Under the pieces are notes generated by a model, which had not been told where the DNA came from, made no database searches, and was given only the letters and a program-made list of their open reading frames with translations. Positions 30,517-40,375 of a stretch of 64,000 nt of DNA are shown here, piece by piece. The stretch spans positions 1,920,001 through 1,984,000 of the forward strand of contig CAVSGO010000007.1 of assembly GCA_963727525.1 (NCBI GenBank), given 5' to 3'. The position numbers and the translations under genes are program-made. Source of the DNA: an uncultured bacterium. Its GTDB lineage: Bacteria; Krumholzibacteriota; Krumholzibacteriia; LZORAL124-64-63. The first letter of the stretch is position 1. Every line of letters begins with the position of its first letter.

Positions 30517-30602
30517 CGGCTGCGATGGGCGTCACGGGCAGGTCCACGATCATTTTGATAGGGACCATGATGTCGCCCTTCGACGGAATCCCAGACGTGG
30601 CG

Positions 30603-31361
30603 TCAGACCACGTCCACGAGGTCCACCCGGTCGAAGATGTGGTGGGGACGATAGGGGAACTGCGCCAGGTCGGCGCGCTGGCTCACGCCCGAGAGCACGA
30701 GCACGGTCTCCACGCCGGCCTGGATGCCGGCGAGGATGTCGGTGTGCATGTTGTCGCCGATGATGACGGCGTTCTCGCTGTGGGCGTCGAGGCGGTTGAG
30801 GGCGGCGCGCATCATCCAGGCCTGGGGTTTGCCCATGTAAAGGGGCTGTTTGCCGGTCATGCGTTCGATCGGGGCGCAGAAGGCGCCGCAGGCGGGCTGG
30901 CCGCCGGGGCCGACGACATCGGGATTGGTGGCGATGAAGCGGGCGCCCTCGCGCACGTGGTAGGCCGCCGCGCGGATCATGTCCCAGTTGTAGGCGCGCG
31001 TCTCGCCCACGACCACGAAGTCGGGATCGATGTCCGTGATCGTGAAGCCCACGTCGTACAGCGCCTTGGTCAGGCCGCCCTCGCCCACCACGTAGGCCTT
31101 GCGGCCATCCTGCTGAGCCAGGAAATCGGCCGTGGCCAGGGCCGAGGTGTAGAACAGCTCCGGGGTCACGTCGATACCCCCCGCGCCGAGACGGTTCTGC
31201 AGGTCGCGATCGGTCTGCGACGGGTAGTTGGTCAGCAGCACGAGTGGGTTGCCCTGCGCGCGCACGCGCTGCACGAAGGCGGCGGCCCCGGGCAGGGCGG
31301 CGTTGTCGTGCATGAGCACACCGTCGATGTCACAGATCACGGCCTTGAGCCCGTCGGGCAT
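30603..31361 (-). CDS. nagD: HAD-IIA NagD-like nucleotide monophosphatase
   Basis: ICDIDGVLMHDN, LLTNYPSQT, YTSALATADFL, FIATNPD, GKP, IGDNMHTDILAG. Confidence 0.9.
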   Translation of the reverse strand: MPDGLKAVICDIDGVLMHDNAALPGAAAFVQRVRAQGNPLVLLTNYPSQTDRDLQNRLGAGGIDVTPELFYTSALATADFLAQQDGRKAYVVGEGGLTKALYDVGFTITDIDPDFVVVGETRAYNWDMIRAAAYHVREGARFIATNPDVVGPGGQPACGAFCAPIERMTGKQPLYMGKPQAWMMRAALNRLDAHSENAVIIGDNMHTDILAGIQAGVETVLVLSGVSQRADLAQFPYRPHHIFDRVDLVDVV

Positions 31362-33079
31362 CACGAGGCCTCCTGGGAGGAATCGCAGGGGTCGATATCC
31401 CCCGGCAGCGGGAACCAGCGCAACGCCTCCTGTGCCGCGTCGGCGAGGCAGGCCGCACCCGACGCGGGGCGGCAGGCGCCATGCGCCTTCATGAGCGCAC
31501 AGGCCTGATCGAGGTAGCCGGCCAGCGCGCTGGTGGGCGCCGCGGCGTGACTCGCGCGTGGCGACGGGCAACCATCGGCATAGCTCAGACCGCCCAGCGA
31601 ATGCGTCGGCGGGGCCACCCAGGTACGATGGCGCCAGATGCCGGTATCCGCGTCGAAGAGATAATCCGGCAGCAGGCGCCAGCCGTCATTCGCCAGACAG
31701 TGCACGGCCTCGACGATGTAGTCGAAAGTGACCTCGTCGATGAAGTAGTTCAGGTTCACCCGCACCCAGCCGGGCTTCACGCCCTCGTGGCCGCTCTGGA
31801 TCGCGGCATGGAACTGTTGCGAGCGCGCCAGATCGATGCCCAGCAAGCGGTGGCCGTACGGCCCGGCGCACGAGCAGCCGCCTCGCGACTGGATGCCGAA
31901 GAGATCGTTCAGCAACGCGACCACGAAGTTGTGGTGCAACAGACGCTTGCCTTGCCGCACCACGAAGGAGACGATGGACAGACGCTTGGCATCGCGGTTG
32001 CCGAGGATCTCGAGGTTCGGGTTGAGCGTCCACGAGGCGACGGCGCGCGACACGAAATCGCGCTCGCGCTCCTCGATCACCTCCTCGCCCACCCGGCGTT
32101 TGAGAGCGAACACGAGTCCGGCGCGGATGGCCTCGATGATCGCGGGAGTGCCACCCTCCTCGCGGTGGACAGGATCGGTGAGGTACTCGTGCCCCGCCGC
32201 GCTCACGTAGCTCACAGTGCCGCCGCCGGGCATCGTGGGCACGCGATTGCGTAGCAACGCGCGCTTGACCACGAGCACGCCCGGCGTGCCCGGCCCGCCG
32301 ATGAACTTGTGCGGCGACAGGAACACCGCATCCTTGTAGCTCAGGGAATCGCGCCCACGTTCCTGCGGATTCATCTCGATGGTCACGTACGGCGCCGCCG
32401 CCGCGAAATCCCAGAACGCCAGCGCGCCGTGGCGGTGCAGCAGCACGGAGATGCCGTAGGTGTCGGACACGATGCCGGTGACATTGGACGCCGCCGAGAA
32501 GCTTCCGATCTTCAGCGGACGCTGGGCATACCGCTCCAGCTCGGACTCGAGGTGGGCCTGGTCGATCTGGCCATCGTGGTCCTCGGGAATCACCACGACG
32601 TCGGCGATCGACTCGCGCCAGGGCAGCTCGTTGGAATGGTGCTCGTACGGACCGATGAAGACCACCGGACGCTCGTGGGCGGGAATACGCGACGACAGAT
32701 CATAGTGCGCGTCGAGATCCGCCGGCAATCGCACGTTCAGGATGTTGATCAGCTTGTTGATCGCGGCCGTGGCGCCCGAGCCGCAGAAGATCACCACGTC
32801 ATCGTCGGTGCCGCCGCAGGCTTCGTGGATGGTAGCGCGGGCTTCCTCGCGAAAGCGCGTGGTCTGCAAGCCCGTACGCGACGTCTCGGTGTGCGTGTTG
32901 GCATAGAGGGGCAACACCTCATCGCGGATGAAATCCTCGATGAAGCCGAGAGCACGCCCGCTAGCCGTGTAGTCGGCGTAGGTGAGGCGGCGCGGGCCGT
33001 AGGGGCCGTCGATCACCCGATCGTCACCGATGATGGCATCGCGGATGCTGGCCAGCAGGCGTTCCGTACACTCGTCCAA
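31361..33079 (-). CDS. Class V PLP-dependent enzyme, cysteine desulfurase/SufS-like
   Basis: YADYTASG, YANTHT, EHHSN, SAASNVTG, SPHKF (PLP Lys), RGGCSCAGPYGH; TTG start. Confidence 0.88.
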   Translation of the reverse strand: MDECTERLLASIRDAIIGDDRVIDGPYGPRRLTYADYTASGRALGFIEDFIRDEVLPLYANTHTETSRTGLQTTRFREEARATIHEACGGTDDDVVIFCGSGATAAINKLINILNVRLPADLDAHYDLSSRIPAHERPVVFIGPYEHHSNELPWRESIADVVVIPEDHDGQIDQAHLESELERYAQRPLKIGSFSAASNVTGIVSDTYGISVLLHRHGALAFWDFAAAAPYVTIEMNPQERGRDSLSYKDAVFLSPHKFIGGPGTPGVLVVKRALLRNRVPTMPGGGTVSYVSAAGHEYLTDPVHREEGGTPAIIEAIRAGLVFALKRRVGEEVIEERERDFVSRAVASWTLNPNLEILGNRDAKRLSIVSFVVRQGKRLLHHNFVVALLNDLFGIQSRGGCSCAGPYGHRLLGIDLARSQQFHAAIQSGHEGVKPGWVRVNLNYFIDEVTFDYIVEAVHCLANDGWRLLPDYLFDADTGIWRHRTWVAPPTHSLGGLSYADGCPSPRASHAAAPTSALAGYLDQACALMKAHGACRPASGAACLADAAQEALRWFPLPGDIDPCDSSQEAS

Positions 33080-33095
33080 GGCGTCATCACCTCTC

Positions 33096-33953
33096 TCAGG
33101 CAAGCGGCTTGCGCGCCCGGATGAAGGCGCTCGCCACGAGCCCATCCAGCTCGTCGAGGTGGGCGAGCACGGCTGTGGGACCACCCTCGCTCGCCGGCAC
33201 CGACTCGGCCATGCCGGCCACGTCGTCGCGGTTGTACGTGCGCGTGATCTCGAACGTCACATCGGCGAAGCCTGCGCTTGCGAGCCTGGCCTCGTAGTCG
33301 TCGCGCACGAGGGCGCCGGCCACGCAGCCCGTCCACAGGGCGACCAGCCGCTGCACCGAGGGCGGCAGCGCGCTCTGCAGCACCACGTCGGACACGGCGA
33401 AACGACCACCCGGTCTCAGCAGGCGATAGGCCTCGCGCAGCACACGATCCTTGTCGCCGGCCAGGTTGATCACGCAGTTGGAGATGATGACATCGACGGA
33501 CGCGTCTGGCAACGGTACGTTCTCGATGGTGCCCTTGACGAACTCCACGTTGGTCGCCCCCGCGCGCTCCTGATTCTCGCGCGCCAGGGCGAGCATCTCG
33601 TCGGTCATGTCCACGCCGAAGGCTTTTCCGGTGGGTCCCACGCGCTTCGCCGAGAGCAGTACGTCGATGCCGCCGCCCGAACCGAGGTCGAGCACCACCT
33701 CGCCGGGCGCCAGCTCCGCGAGCGCCGTCGGGTTGCCGCAGCCGAGCGACGCCAGCAAGGCCTGCTCGGGCAGGCCGTCGAGCTGGTCCGACCGGTAGAG
33801 ATCACGCGTGATCGGATCCACGGCACCCACCGGCCCAGTGCCGCACGAGCCGCCACAGCACGACCCCTTCTTGCCCTGGCGCACCTCCGTGGCCGCCTGG
33901 CCGTAGCGGTCGCGCACGATGTCTTGCAGGTTCTGATCGATCGGCTGGGTCAT
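33096..33953 (-). CDS. arsM: Arsenite S-adenosylmethionine methyltransferase
   Basis: N-terminal [40 protein letters not shown]. Confidence 0.93.
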   Translation of the reverse strand: MTQPIDQNLQDIVRDRYGQAATEVRQGKKGSCCGGSCGTGPVGAVDPITRDLYRSDQLDGLPEQALLASLGCGNPTALAELAPGEVVLDLGSGGGIDVLLSAKRVGPTGKAFGVDMTDEMLALARENQERAGATNVEFVKGTIENVPLPDASVDVIISNCVINLAGDKDRVLREAYRLLRPGGRFAVSDVVLQSALPPSVQRLVALWTGCVAGALVRDDYEARLASAGFADVTFEITRTYNRDDVAGMAESVPASEGGPTAVLAHLDELDGLVASAFIRARKPLA

Positions 33954-34309
33954 CTCTGAACTCCTCCCGCGGCCACGGTCAGCCGCGCGATGAATGTGCC
34001 CGCTGTCGCGAGGGCTTCCGGAGCGAGGTCGTAGTACATCCAGGTACCTCGGCGCCTGGCCGTGACCAGGCCGGCTTCCCGCAGCAGGCGCAGGTGGTGC
34101 GAGATGGTGGGCTGCGAAAGATCGAAGCATGCCTCGATCTCGCAGGCGCAGAGCGGTGCCTCGGCCCGATGGAGCAAGTTCACGATCTGCAATCGAGTAC
34201 CATCGCCGAGGACCTTGAACGTCGCCACGAGCGCGTCGGGCTCCGGGGCCACGGCCTCGCCACCACCATAGCATCGGATCGGTTTCGGCCTGCTCGCGGT
34301 CATGTCCAT
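33950..34309 (-). CDS. arsR: ArsR/SmtB family transcriptional repressor
   Basis: FKVLGDGTRLQI, LCACEI, SQPTISHHLRLLREAGLV, RRGTWMYY. Confidence 0.93.
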   Translation of the reverse strand: MDMTASRPKPIRCYGGGEAVAPEPDALVATFKVLGDGTRLQIVNLLHRAEAPLCACEIEACFDLSQPTISHHLRLLREAGLVTARRRGTWMYYDLAPEALATAGTFIARLTVAAGGVQR

Positions 34310-34315
34310 GCCCTC

Positions 34316-34351
34316 AGGATCACCTATATATCGAAGTATGTCAATATATAG
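34316..34351 (-). promoter_or_regulatory. ArsR operator palindrome overlapping a sigma70 promoter
   Basis: CTATATATCGA-N6-TCAATATATAG (34324-34351, 1 mismatch); minus strand TTGACA(34344-34339)-N17-GATCCT. Confidence 0.75.
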
Positions 34352-34352
34352 A

Positions 34353-36212
34353 TCATAACCGTCGCGGTTTCACCATCGCCTCCGGCGCCAGCAAGCGGTC
34401 CAGCTCATCCCGCGAGAGCAGCCCCTTCTCCAGCACCAGTTCGTACACGCCGCGCCCCGTGGCCAGAGCCTCGCGCGCCAGATCGGTGCTGCGATCGTAG
34501 CCGAGCACCGGATTGAGCGCCGTCACCAGCCCGATGCTGTGCTCCACGTACTCGCGGCAACGGGCCACGTTGGCGGTGATGCCATCCACGCAGCGCAGAC
34601 GCAGCGTCGCCATGCCGTTCTTGAGCATCTCGATCGACTCGAGCAGGCTCTGGCCGATCACCGGCTCCATGACGTTCAGCTCGAGCTGCCCAGCCTCGGC
34701 TGCCATGGTCACCGTGAGGTCGTTGCCGATGACCTTGAAGGCGATCTGATTCACCACCTCGGGAATCACGGGATTCACCTTGCCGGGCATGATCGACGAT
34801 CCCGGCTGCATGCGTGGCAGCACGATCTCGCCCAGCCCGGCACGCGGGCCGCTGGAGAGCAGCCGCAGGTCGTTGCAGATCTTCGAGAGCTTGATCGCCA
34901 GCCGCTTGATCGCCGACGATACCATGACGAACGCGCCCGTATCCTGGGTGGCCTCCACCAGGTTGTGGGCCAGGCGCAGGTCCAGTCCCGTGAGGTCGCG
35001 CAGATGCTCCACCGCACGCGCGCCGAACTCGGGATCGGCGTTGATGCCCGTGCCGATCGCCGTGCCGCCCAGGTTCACCTCGAGGAAAAGCGCCGCGTTC
35101 TGACCGAGCCGGTCGATTTCCTCGCCCAGCGTGACGCCGTAGGCCTCGAACTCCTGGCCCAGCGTCATGGGTACCGCATCCTGGAGCTGGGTGCGCCCCA
35201 TCTTGAGCACGTCGGCGAACTCGCGGCCCTTGGCCTGGAACGCGGCCACGAGATCGTGCAGCACGTCGGTGAGTCCGCGCACGGCGTAGACCAGCGCGAT
35301 CTTCAACGCCGTGGGATAGGCGTCGTTGGTCGACTGCGCCAGGTTCACGTGGTTGTTGGGATGACAGTACTCGTACTCGCCCTTGGCATGGCCGAGCAGC
35401 TCCAGGGCACGGTTGGCGATGACCTCGTTGGCGTTCATGTTGGTCGACGTACCCGCACCGCCCTGCACCATGTCCACCACGAAATGCCCATGCCACTTGC
35501 CCTGGATGATCTCGCGGCAGGCGGCCACGATGGCGTCGGCCACGGGCCGGGGCAGGTGGCCCAGCTCGGCGTTCGCCTGTGCGGCCGCCAGCTTGACGAT
35601 GGCCAGCGCCTCGATCAGGACCGGGAAGTGACCGAGGGGAATGCCGCTGATCGGGAAGTTCTCCGTGGCTCGCAGGGTCTGGATACCGAAGTACGCCTCG
35701 TCCGGTACGTCGCGATCGCCGATGAGATCATGCTCGTGCCGCGTGCGACCGCTCGCATACTGGGCACCGGCGCGCGCCACCCGCACGGAGTCCTGGCGCA
35801 GGCGCCGCGAAATCACTCGCGTGATGCGGGCCAGGATGCGGGCCCCGAGCCGCGGATGCTCGGTCGCCAGGTCCTGGAAGGCATCGCGGCTCAGCCGTAG
35901 GACGTCGCAATCGCTGAGCGCACGGCCCGACGCACCGTGAGGATAGTCGTCGAGCAATGCTCCCTCGCCCAGAAAAGCGCCGGCGCCGAAGAATGCCAGC
36001 CGCTGCTCGCCCCCGAACGGCGTGGCTCCGAACACCTCCACCTCGCCGGACACGATGATGTGCAGGTTCACGCGCGGCTCGTGCTCGCCGAACAGCAACT
36101 CACCGGCCGGCACACGCCTGGTATCCAGTCGCGCGGCGACGAGCGCGCGCTCGCCAGCGTCGAGATCGGCGAAGAGTTCGATCGCGGCCAGGACGTCGTC
36201 GATCGGCTGCAT
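34353..36212 (-). CDS. aspA: Aspartate ammonia-lyase with N-terminal cyclic-nucleotide-binding domain
   Basis: N-terminal LFADL...IIVSGEVEV...FLGEGALL..PHGASGRA (cNMP fold); then YFGIQTLRATENF, GGAGTSTNMNANEV, KMGRTQLQDA, GSSIMPGKVNPV. Confidence 0.93.
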   Translation of the reverse strand: MQPIDDVLAAIELFADLDAGERALVAARLDTRRVPAGELLFGEHEPRVNLHIIVSGEVEVFGATPFGGEQRLAFFGAGAFLGEGALLDDYPHGASGRALSDCDVLRLSRDAFQDLATEHPRLGARILARITRVISRRLRQDSVRVARAGAQYASGRTRHEHDLIGDRDVPDEAYFGIQTLRATENFPISGIPLGHFPVLIEALAIVKLAAAQANAELGHLPRPVADAIVAACREIIQGKWHGHFVVDMVQGGAGTSTNMNANEVIANRALELLGHAKGEYEYCHPNNHVNLAQSTNDAYPTALKIALVYAVRGLTDVLHDLVAAFQAKGREFADVLKMGRTQLQDAVPMTLGQEFEAYGVTLGEEIDRLGQNAALFLEVNLGGTAIGTGINADPEFGARAVEHLRDLTGLDLRLAHNLVEATQDTGAFVMVSSAIKRLAIKLSKICNDLRLLSSGPRAGLGEIVLPRMQPGSSIMPGKVNPVIPEVVNQIAFKVIGNDLTVTMAAEAGQLELNVMEPVIGQSLLESIEMLKNGMATLRLRCVDGITANVARCREYVEHSIGLVTALNPVLGYDRSTDLAREALATGRGVYELVLEKGLLSRDELDRLLAPEAMVKPRRL

Positions 36213-36310
36213 ACCAGACTCCCAGGACAGGTCATCTGCCGCGGACGACCGGGAGGGCGTCCACACTCGTGCGGGATTCAAACTCGCTCAACGGTCCGCG
36301 ACCGGCAACC

Positions 36311-36958
36311 TCAGGGCGCATGGTCCCGGGCCGATGGCCGCACGGCTTGGATCTCGCCCATCCGTTTGAGCTGTGCGGCGTCGACATCGAGCTGGCGCCG
36401 CCGCTCCGTGGGCAGCGCCTGCAGACCACGCGCCACGAGGACCCGGGTCGCCAGGTCGAGTCGTTCCAGCCGCGCACCGGCCGTCCCGGACGACGCCAGC
36501 GCATGCTGCACCAGCCCCGCCGCCTCCTGCTTGCCCGCGAGGTCGGCTGACGCCTCGCGCAGCGCCTGTCGGCCGTCGGCATCGGTGGCGCGATCGGCGT
36601 TCTCCGTCAGCGCGCGATCGAGCCCTTCCACCGGACGCTGCAAGGCCACGGCCAGGATCGCGCGCTGGTATTGCGGTTTCACTTCACCCTTGCCCACGCT
36701 GGCGAAGGCCTGCCCGTACGTCGTGGTGTCCGGGTTGGTGAGCATCTGGTTCAGCAGGTTCGTGGCGGTGAGGAAGTCGCGGTACTGGCCGAGGAACCCC
36801 AGCCCCCACACCGACGTCCCCGAGAGCGCCACCCCCAGGATGAGAAAGATCACCAGTTCCTTGAACCTGTTGCCCACGCGCGCGAGACTGACGGCAGCGA
36901 TCATCAGCACGAGGCCCGCCGCGAGCAGCACCCAGGGTCCGATCGTCGTGATTGCCAT
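36311..36958 (-). CDS. Hypothetical membrane protein (two N-terminal TM helices)
   Basis: GGAGG RBS, two hydrophobic segments then a helical domain; coding-like GC3. Confidence 0.7.
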   Translation of the reverse strand: MAITTIGPWVLLAAGLVLMIAAVSLARVGNRFKELVIFLILGVALSGTSVWGLGFLGQYRDFLTATNLLNQMLTNPDTTTYGQAFASVGKGEVKPQYQRAILAVALQRPVEGLDRALTENADRATDADGRQALREASADLAGKQEAAGLVQHALASSGTAGARLERLDLATRVLVARGLQALPTERRRQLDVDAAQLKRMGEIQAVRPSARDHAP

Positions 36959-37178
36959 GGCTACCTCCATCATCGGTTCGGCTTCCTGAGACATACCGTA
37001 CCCCCGATGCCGGAGCAACGTATTCCTGTTTCCGGATGCATGAAGATCAGGCGATCCCCCGGGGGCCGCACACCGCCGGCCGCGATCGACCACGATGTGA
37101 CGGCCAGGGATCCGCAGGACGTGCTGTGGACCTATCCGAAGGTGCCGCCGGATGTGTCAGCGATGGTGAAGACGTAGT

Positions 37179-38444
37179 CTACGTCTTCTGCGGCTTCTTC
37201 TTCGCCGCCGGGAACAGCACATTGTTGAGAATCAACCGATACCCCGGCGACGTCGGGTATAGCGACAGATCCGTCGGGGGGTCGCCCACGCGGTGCTGAT
37301 AGTCCTCCGGGTCGTGGCCCCCCAGGAATGTGAAAGTCCCCTGGCCGCGGTTGCCGTGGAGGTACTTCACCTCGTCGGTGCCGTCGACCTTGGCGAGCTG
37401 GATCACCGAGCGCTTGATGAAGCGGTCGTGGAAGCCGGTGGTCTGGCCGAGGAAACCATTGATCACGTTGACGTGGTCCTGGGTGAGCATGGCCGGGACC
37501 GGGTCGTACTTGGCGGAGAAATTGAAGAGGGTGAAGTAGTCGGCCTCGGGGCCACGGAGCTGGGCGTAATCGCTGGTATCGATGTCGCTGAATTCGTAGA
37601 CCATGGGATTGGTCTGCAGGGAGAAGTTCTCGAAGGCGAAGGTCTGGGTGTAGTCGGCCTTGCTACGCCAGTTGGGGTCGATCGGTGAGCCGTCCATGGG
37701 TGTGGGCACGATGTCGACGTCGAGGAAGGCCAGCGCGATGTCGATGGTATCGGTCGCCGAGCACATCGCGAAGAGGAAGCCGCCCTGCTCCACGTAGGTG
37801 CGGATGGTCAGCGCCACGGCGTGCTTGAGCTGCCACACCGTGTCGTAGCCGAGGGTCTTGGCGAGCTTCTCGTGGAACTCCTGCTGCTGCACGTACCAGG
37901 GCTCGAGGCCGAAGCTCGCATAGAACTTGCCGTACTGTCCGGTGAAGTCCTCGTGGTGCAGGTGCAGCCAGTCGTAGTCGTAGAGCTTGCCCTGCAGGAC
38001 GTCCTGATCGTAGATCGTGTCGTATGGAATCTCCGCGTAGGTGAGCGCGAGGGTCACGGCGTCGTCCCAGGGCTGGGTATTGGGCGGCGTGTACACGGCG
38101 ATCTTCGGCGGCTTCTCCAGCAGCACCTCGTCCATGTTCTCCTGGGCCACCGTCTTGTGGATCGCCGCCACCTCGGCGTCGCCGATTGTCTCGAACTTCA
38201 CGCCCAGCAGGCGCGCGTCGAGGCGCGCGCGCGACGTGTCCTTCATCAGGAACGCGCCGCCGCGGTAGTTGAGCAGCCACGTCACCTTCTCGCCGGCCTG
38301 CAGGGCATGAAAGGTGTGGCCGTAGGCTTTCAGGTGCTGCGTCTGCGTCAGATCCATGGGGACGAGGAGGTAGCTCGCCGCGTGGGCGAGGCCGGCGGCG
38401 GCCACGACACACGCAACGACGAGGAGACGCAAACGGCACATCAT
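37179..38444 (-). CDS. Conserved exported protein of the FCB family often labelled 'asparagine synthetase B' (function unproven)
   Basis: Signal peptide; QHLKAYG, WLLNYRGG, QPWDDAVTLALTYAEIPY, WLHLHHEDFTGQYGKFY, GGHDPEDYQH, GYRLILNNVLFPAA. Confidence 0.8.
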   Translation of the reverse strand: MMCRLRLLVVACVVAAAGLAHAASYLLVPMDLTQTQHLKAYGHTFHALQAGEKVTWLLNYRGGAFLMKDTSRARLDARLLGVKFETIGDAEVAAIHKTVAQENMDEVLLEKPPKIAVYTPPNTQPWDDAVTLALTYAEIPYDTIYDQDVLQGKLYDYDWLHLHHEDFTGQYGKFYASFGLEPWYVQQQEFHEKLAKTLGYDTVWQLKHAVALTIRTYVEQGGFLFAMCSATDTIDIALAFLDVDIVPTPMDGSPIDPNWRSKADYTQTFAFENFSLQTNPMVYEFSDIDTSDYAQLRGPEADYFTLFNFSAKYDPVPAMLTQDHVNVINGFLGQTTGFHDRFIKRSVIQLAKVDGTDEVKYLHGNRGQGTFTFLGGHDPEDYQHRVGDPPTDLSLYPTSPGYRLILNNVLFPAAKKKPQKT

Positions 38445-40375
38445 GGCAAGCTCCGCACACGGTCGCGGATTTCGTCCGCGAAGAGGTAGTCGGGGTACTG
38501 CAGGAGCAGGCGTTCGTAAGCGTCGCGCGCACCCTGGGCATCGCCCGACGCGGCACGGATCCGTCCCTGCTCGGCGAGGGCTTCGGGGGCGTAGCGGCCG
38601 GCCGGCTGGTCGAGCACGATGTGGTCGAGCTGCGCGAGCGCCGCCGTGCGGTCGCCACCACCAAGGTAGAGCTCGGCCAGCTCATAGCGGGCGTGCTCGA
38701 GCAGGGCCTGCGGTTTCTCGAGGTCCACCTGTACCGACGCACGGGCGATGTAGCGCTCCAGAGCCGTGCGCTGCGAATCGGGCTGGGCGGTGATCGCGAA
38801 GGCCAGCGACCGGGCGTACATCGTCAGCAGCTCGGGGCCTCCGGTGGGATTCTGCATCTCCTCGGCGACGATGAGCCCGAGGCCCAGCGCGTCGTTGGCG
38901 TACGGCGCGGCCGGGTTGTCCAGCGCGACGGCGGCGAAGCGATCGCGGGCCGTACCGAAATGGTTCTCGGCGAGGTCGAGCTTCGCAAGGTCGAAGTGCG
39001 CGTGGCCGGCGGCCTCGGGAAAATCAGCGTCGCGTCCCAGGTTGGTCAGCACGAGGCGGCCTCGCGCCGTGTCGCCCGCGGCGAGGTAGCACTCGCCAAG
39101 GGCCAGGCGCGAAAGGGCCACGCCTTCGAGCGGCAAATCGAGATTCATGAGCAGCTGTTCCAGCCTCCGCGCCGCCGCGGCCGGCTCGTGCAGACGATCG
39201 CGGGTGAAGCGTGCGAGCATGATCTCGGCGGCATACAGATGCTCCGATTGCGGACAGGCCCGGGCCACGCCCGTGAGCAGGTCGGCGTAGCGCGCCGCGG
39301 CGGCCGCGGGATCGTCGGCGAGCAGACCGCGATCGAGGGCCGTCTCGCAGACCATGGCGAGTTGTTCAAAGGCGCGCTGGCGCAGCCGAGCCGGCAGGGC
39401 GGACGCGGTGCCGAGCACCGGCAGTTCGGCCAGCAGGTAGTCGGCCGTGGCGTTCAGTTCGGCGCCGGCGGCGAGCAGGGACAGCTCGCGCGACAGCGAG
39501 GAGAGGTCGCGCAGGATAACCTCGGCGCCGGCGGCGTCCTGGCTGAACGGCTCGACGAGGACGCGGGCCGCGTCGGCGTCGCCCTGCCGCAGCCGGCATC
39601 CCGCGGCCAGCACGGCGAGGGCGGCCGATGGCGGCGCTTTCTTAGCCTCGCTTGCCAGGCCCTCGACAAACTTCTCGGGTAAGGGCGGCATGTCGTCGCT
39701 GAACAGCTCGGTGCGCGCCAGCGCGCCGTTGAACGGCGTGGTGCGCAGATCGACGGCCACCTCGTGCGCCGCCTCGGTGGGACGGCCGAGGCGCAGCAGG
39801 CAGAGCGCGCGCGTGCGCGGCTGGTACTGCGGATCGTCGAGCACGGCGCGCGCCGAATCGAGCACGGCCAGCGCGGCCCCGTACAGCCCCGCTCCGCGCA
39901 TCTGATCCACGATCACGCTGAAACCGCTCTGCGGGTCGGGCATGAGCGCGAGGAACCGATCGGCAGCGATGCGCGCGGAATCGGCGTCGCCGAGCCTGGC
40001 TGCCGCCATCGACAGCTCGCGCCAGAGCTGCAGATCGCGCGGATCGAGCTGGAGCGCGTGCCGACAGAGGTCGGCCGCCCTCGCATGGTCGCCCATCGCC
40101 TGAGCGATCGCCACGCGCCGCGGCAGTACCGCGGACGGGGGGGCGCCCTGCGCCTCGGCCTCGTCGAGCAGGGCGTTGGCGCGGCTCGTGTAGCCAAGAT
40201 GCAGGAGCTGGTCCACCTGCTGCAGCGTGCGCTGCTGCATGGCGTGCGGGTTGAAGATATCGGGCCGCTGCCCCGGCAACACCGGATGGTTGCGCGGCAA
40301 GGGCTGCGACTGCGCGTGGGCGATCCCGGGGAGGCCCAGCGCGATCAGGGCGACGAGCACGACGAGGCGCCTCAT
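38441..40375 (-). CDS. Exported tetratricopeptide-repeat protein
   Basis: Signal peptide ending AHA; TPR-like helices; C-terminal YERLLLQYPDYLFADEIR. Confidence 0.8.
   Translation of the reverse strand: MRRLVVLVALIALGLPGIAHAQSQPLPRNHPVLPGQRPDIFNPHAMQQRTLQQVDQLLHLGYTSRANALLDEAEAQGAPPSAVLPRRVAIAQAMGDHARAADLCRHALQLDPRDLQLWRELSMAAARLGDADSARIAADRFLALMPDPQSGFSVIVDQMRGAGLYGAALAVLDSARAVLDDPQYQPRTRALCLLRLGRPTEAAHEVAVDLRTTPFNGALARTELFSDDMPPLPEKFVEGLASEAKKAPPSAALAVLAAGCRLRQGDADAARVLVEPFSQDAAGAEVILRDLSSLSRELSLLAAGAELNATADYLLAELPVLGTASALPARLRQRAFEQLAMVCETALDRGLLADDPAAAAARYADLLTGVARACPQSEHLYAAEIMLARFTRDRLHEPAAAARRLEQLLMNLDLPLEGVALSRLALGECYLAAGDTARGRLVLTNLGRDADFPEAAGHAHFDLAKLDLAENHFGTARDRFAAVALDNPAAPYANDALGLGLIVAEEMQNPTGGPELLTMYARSLAFAITAQPDSQRTALERYIARASVQVDLEKPQALLEHARYELAELYLGGGDRTAALAQLDHIVLDQPAGRYAPEALAEQGRIRAASGDAQGARDAYERLLLQYPDYLFADEIRDRVRSLP

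Noticed and set aside
37040-37177. 45-aa plus-strand ORF ending DVLWTYPKVPPDVSAMVKT, faintly like a DUF427 fragment
   Set aside because: No RBS, short, and similarity too weak to support
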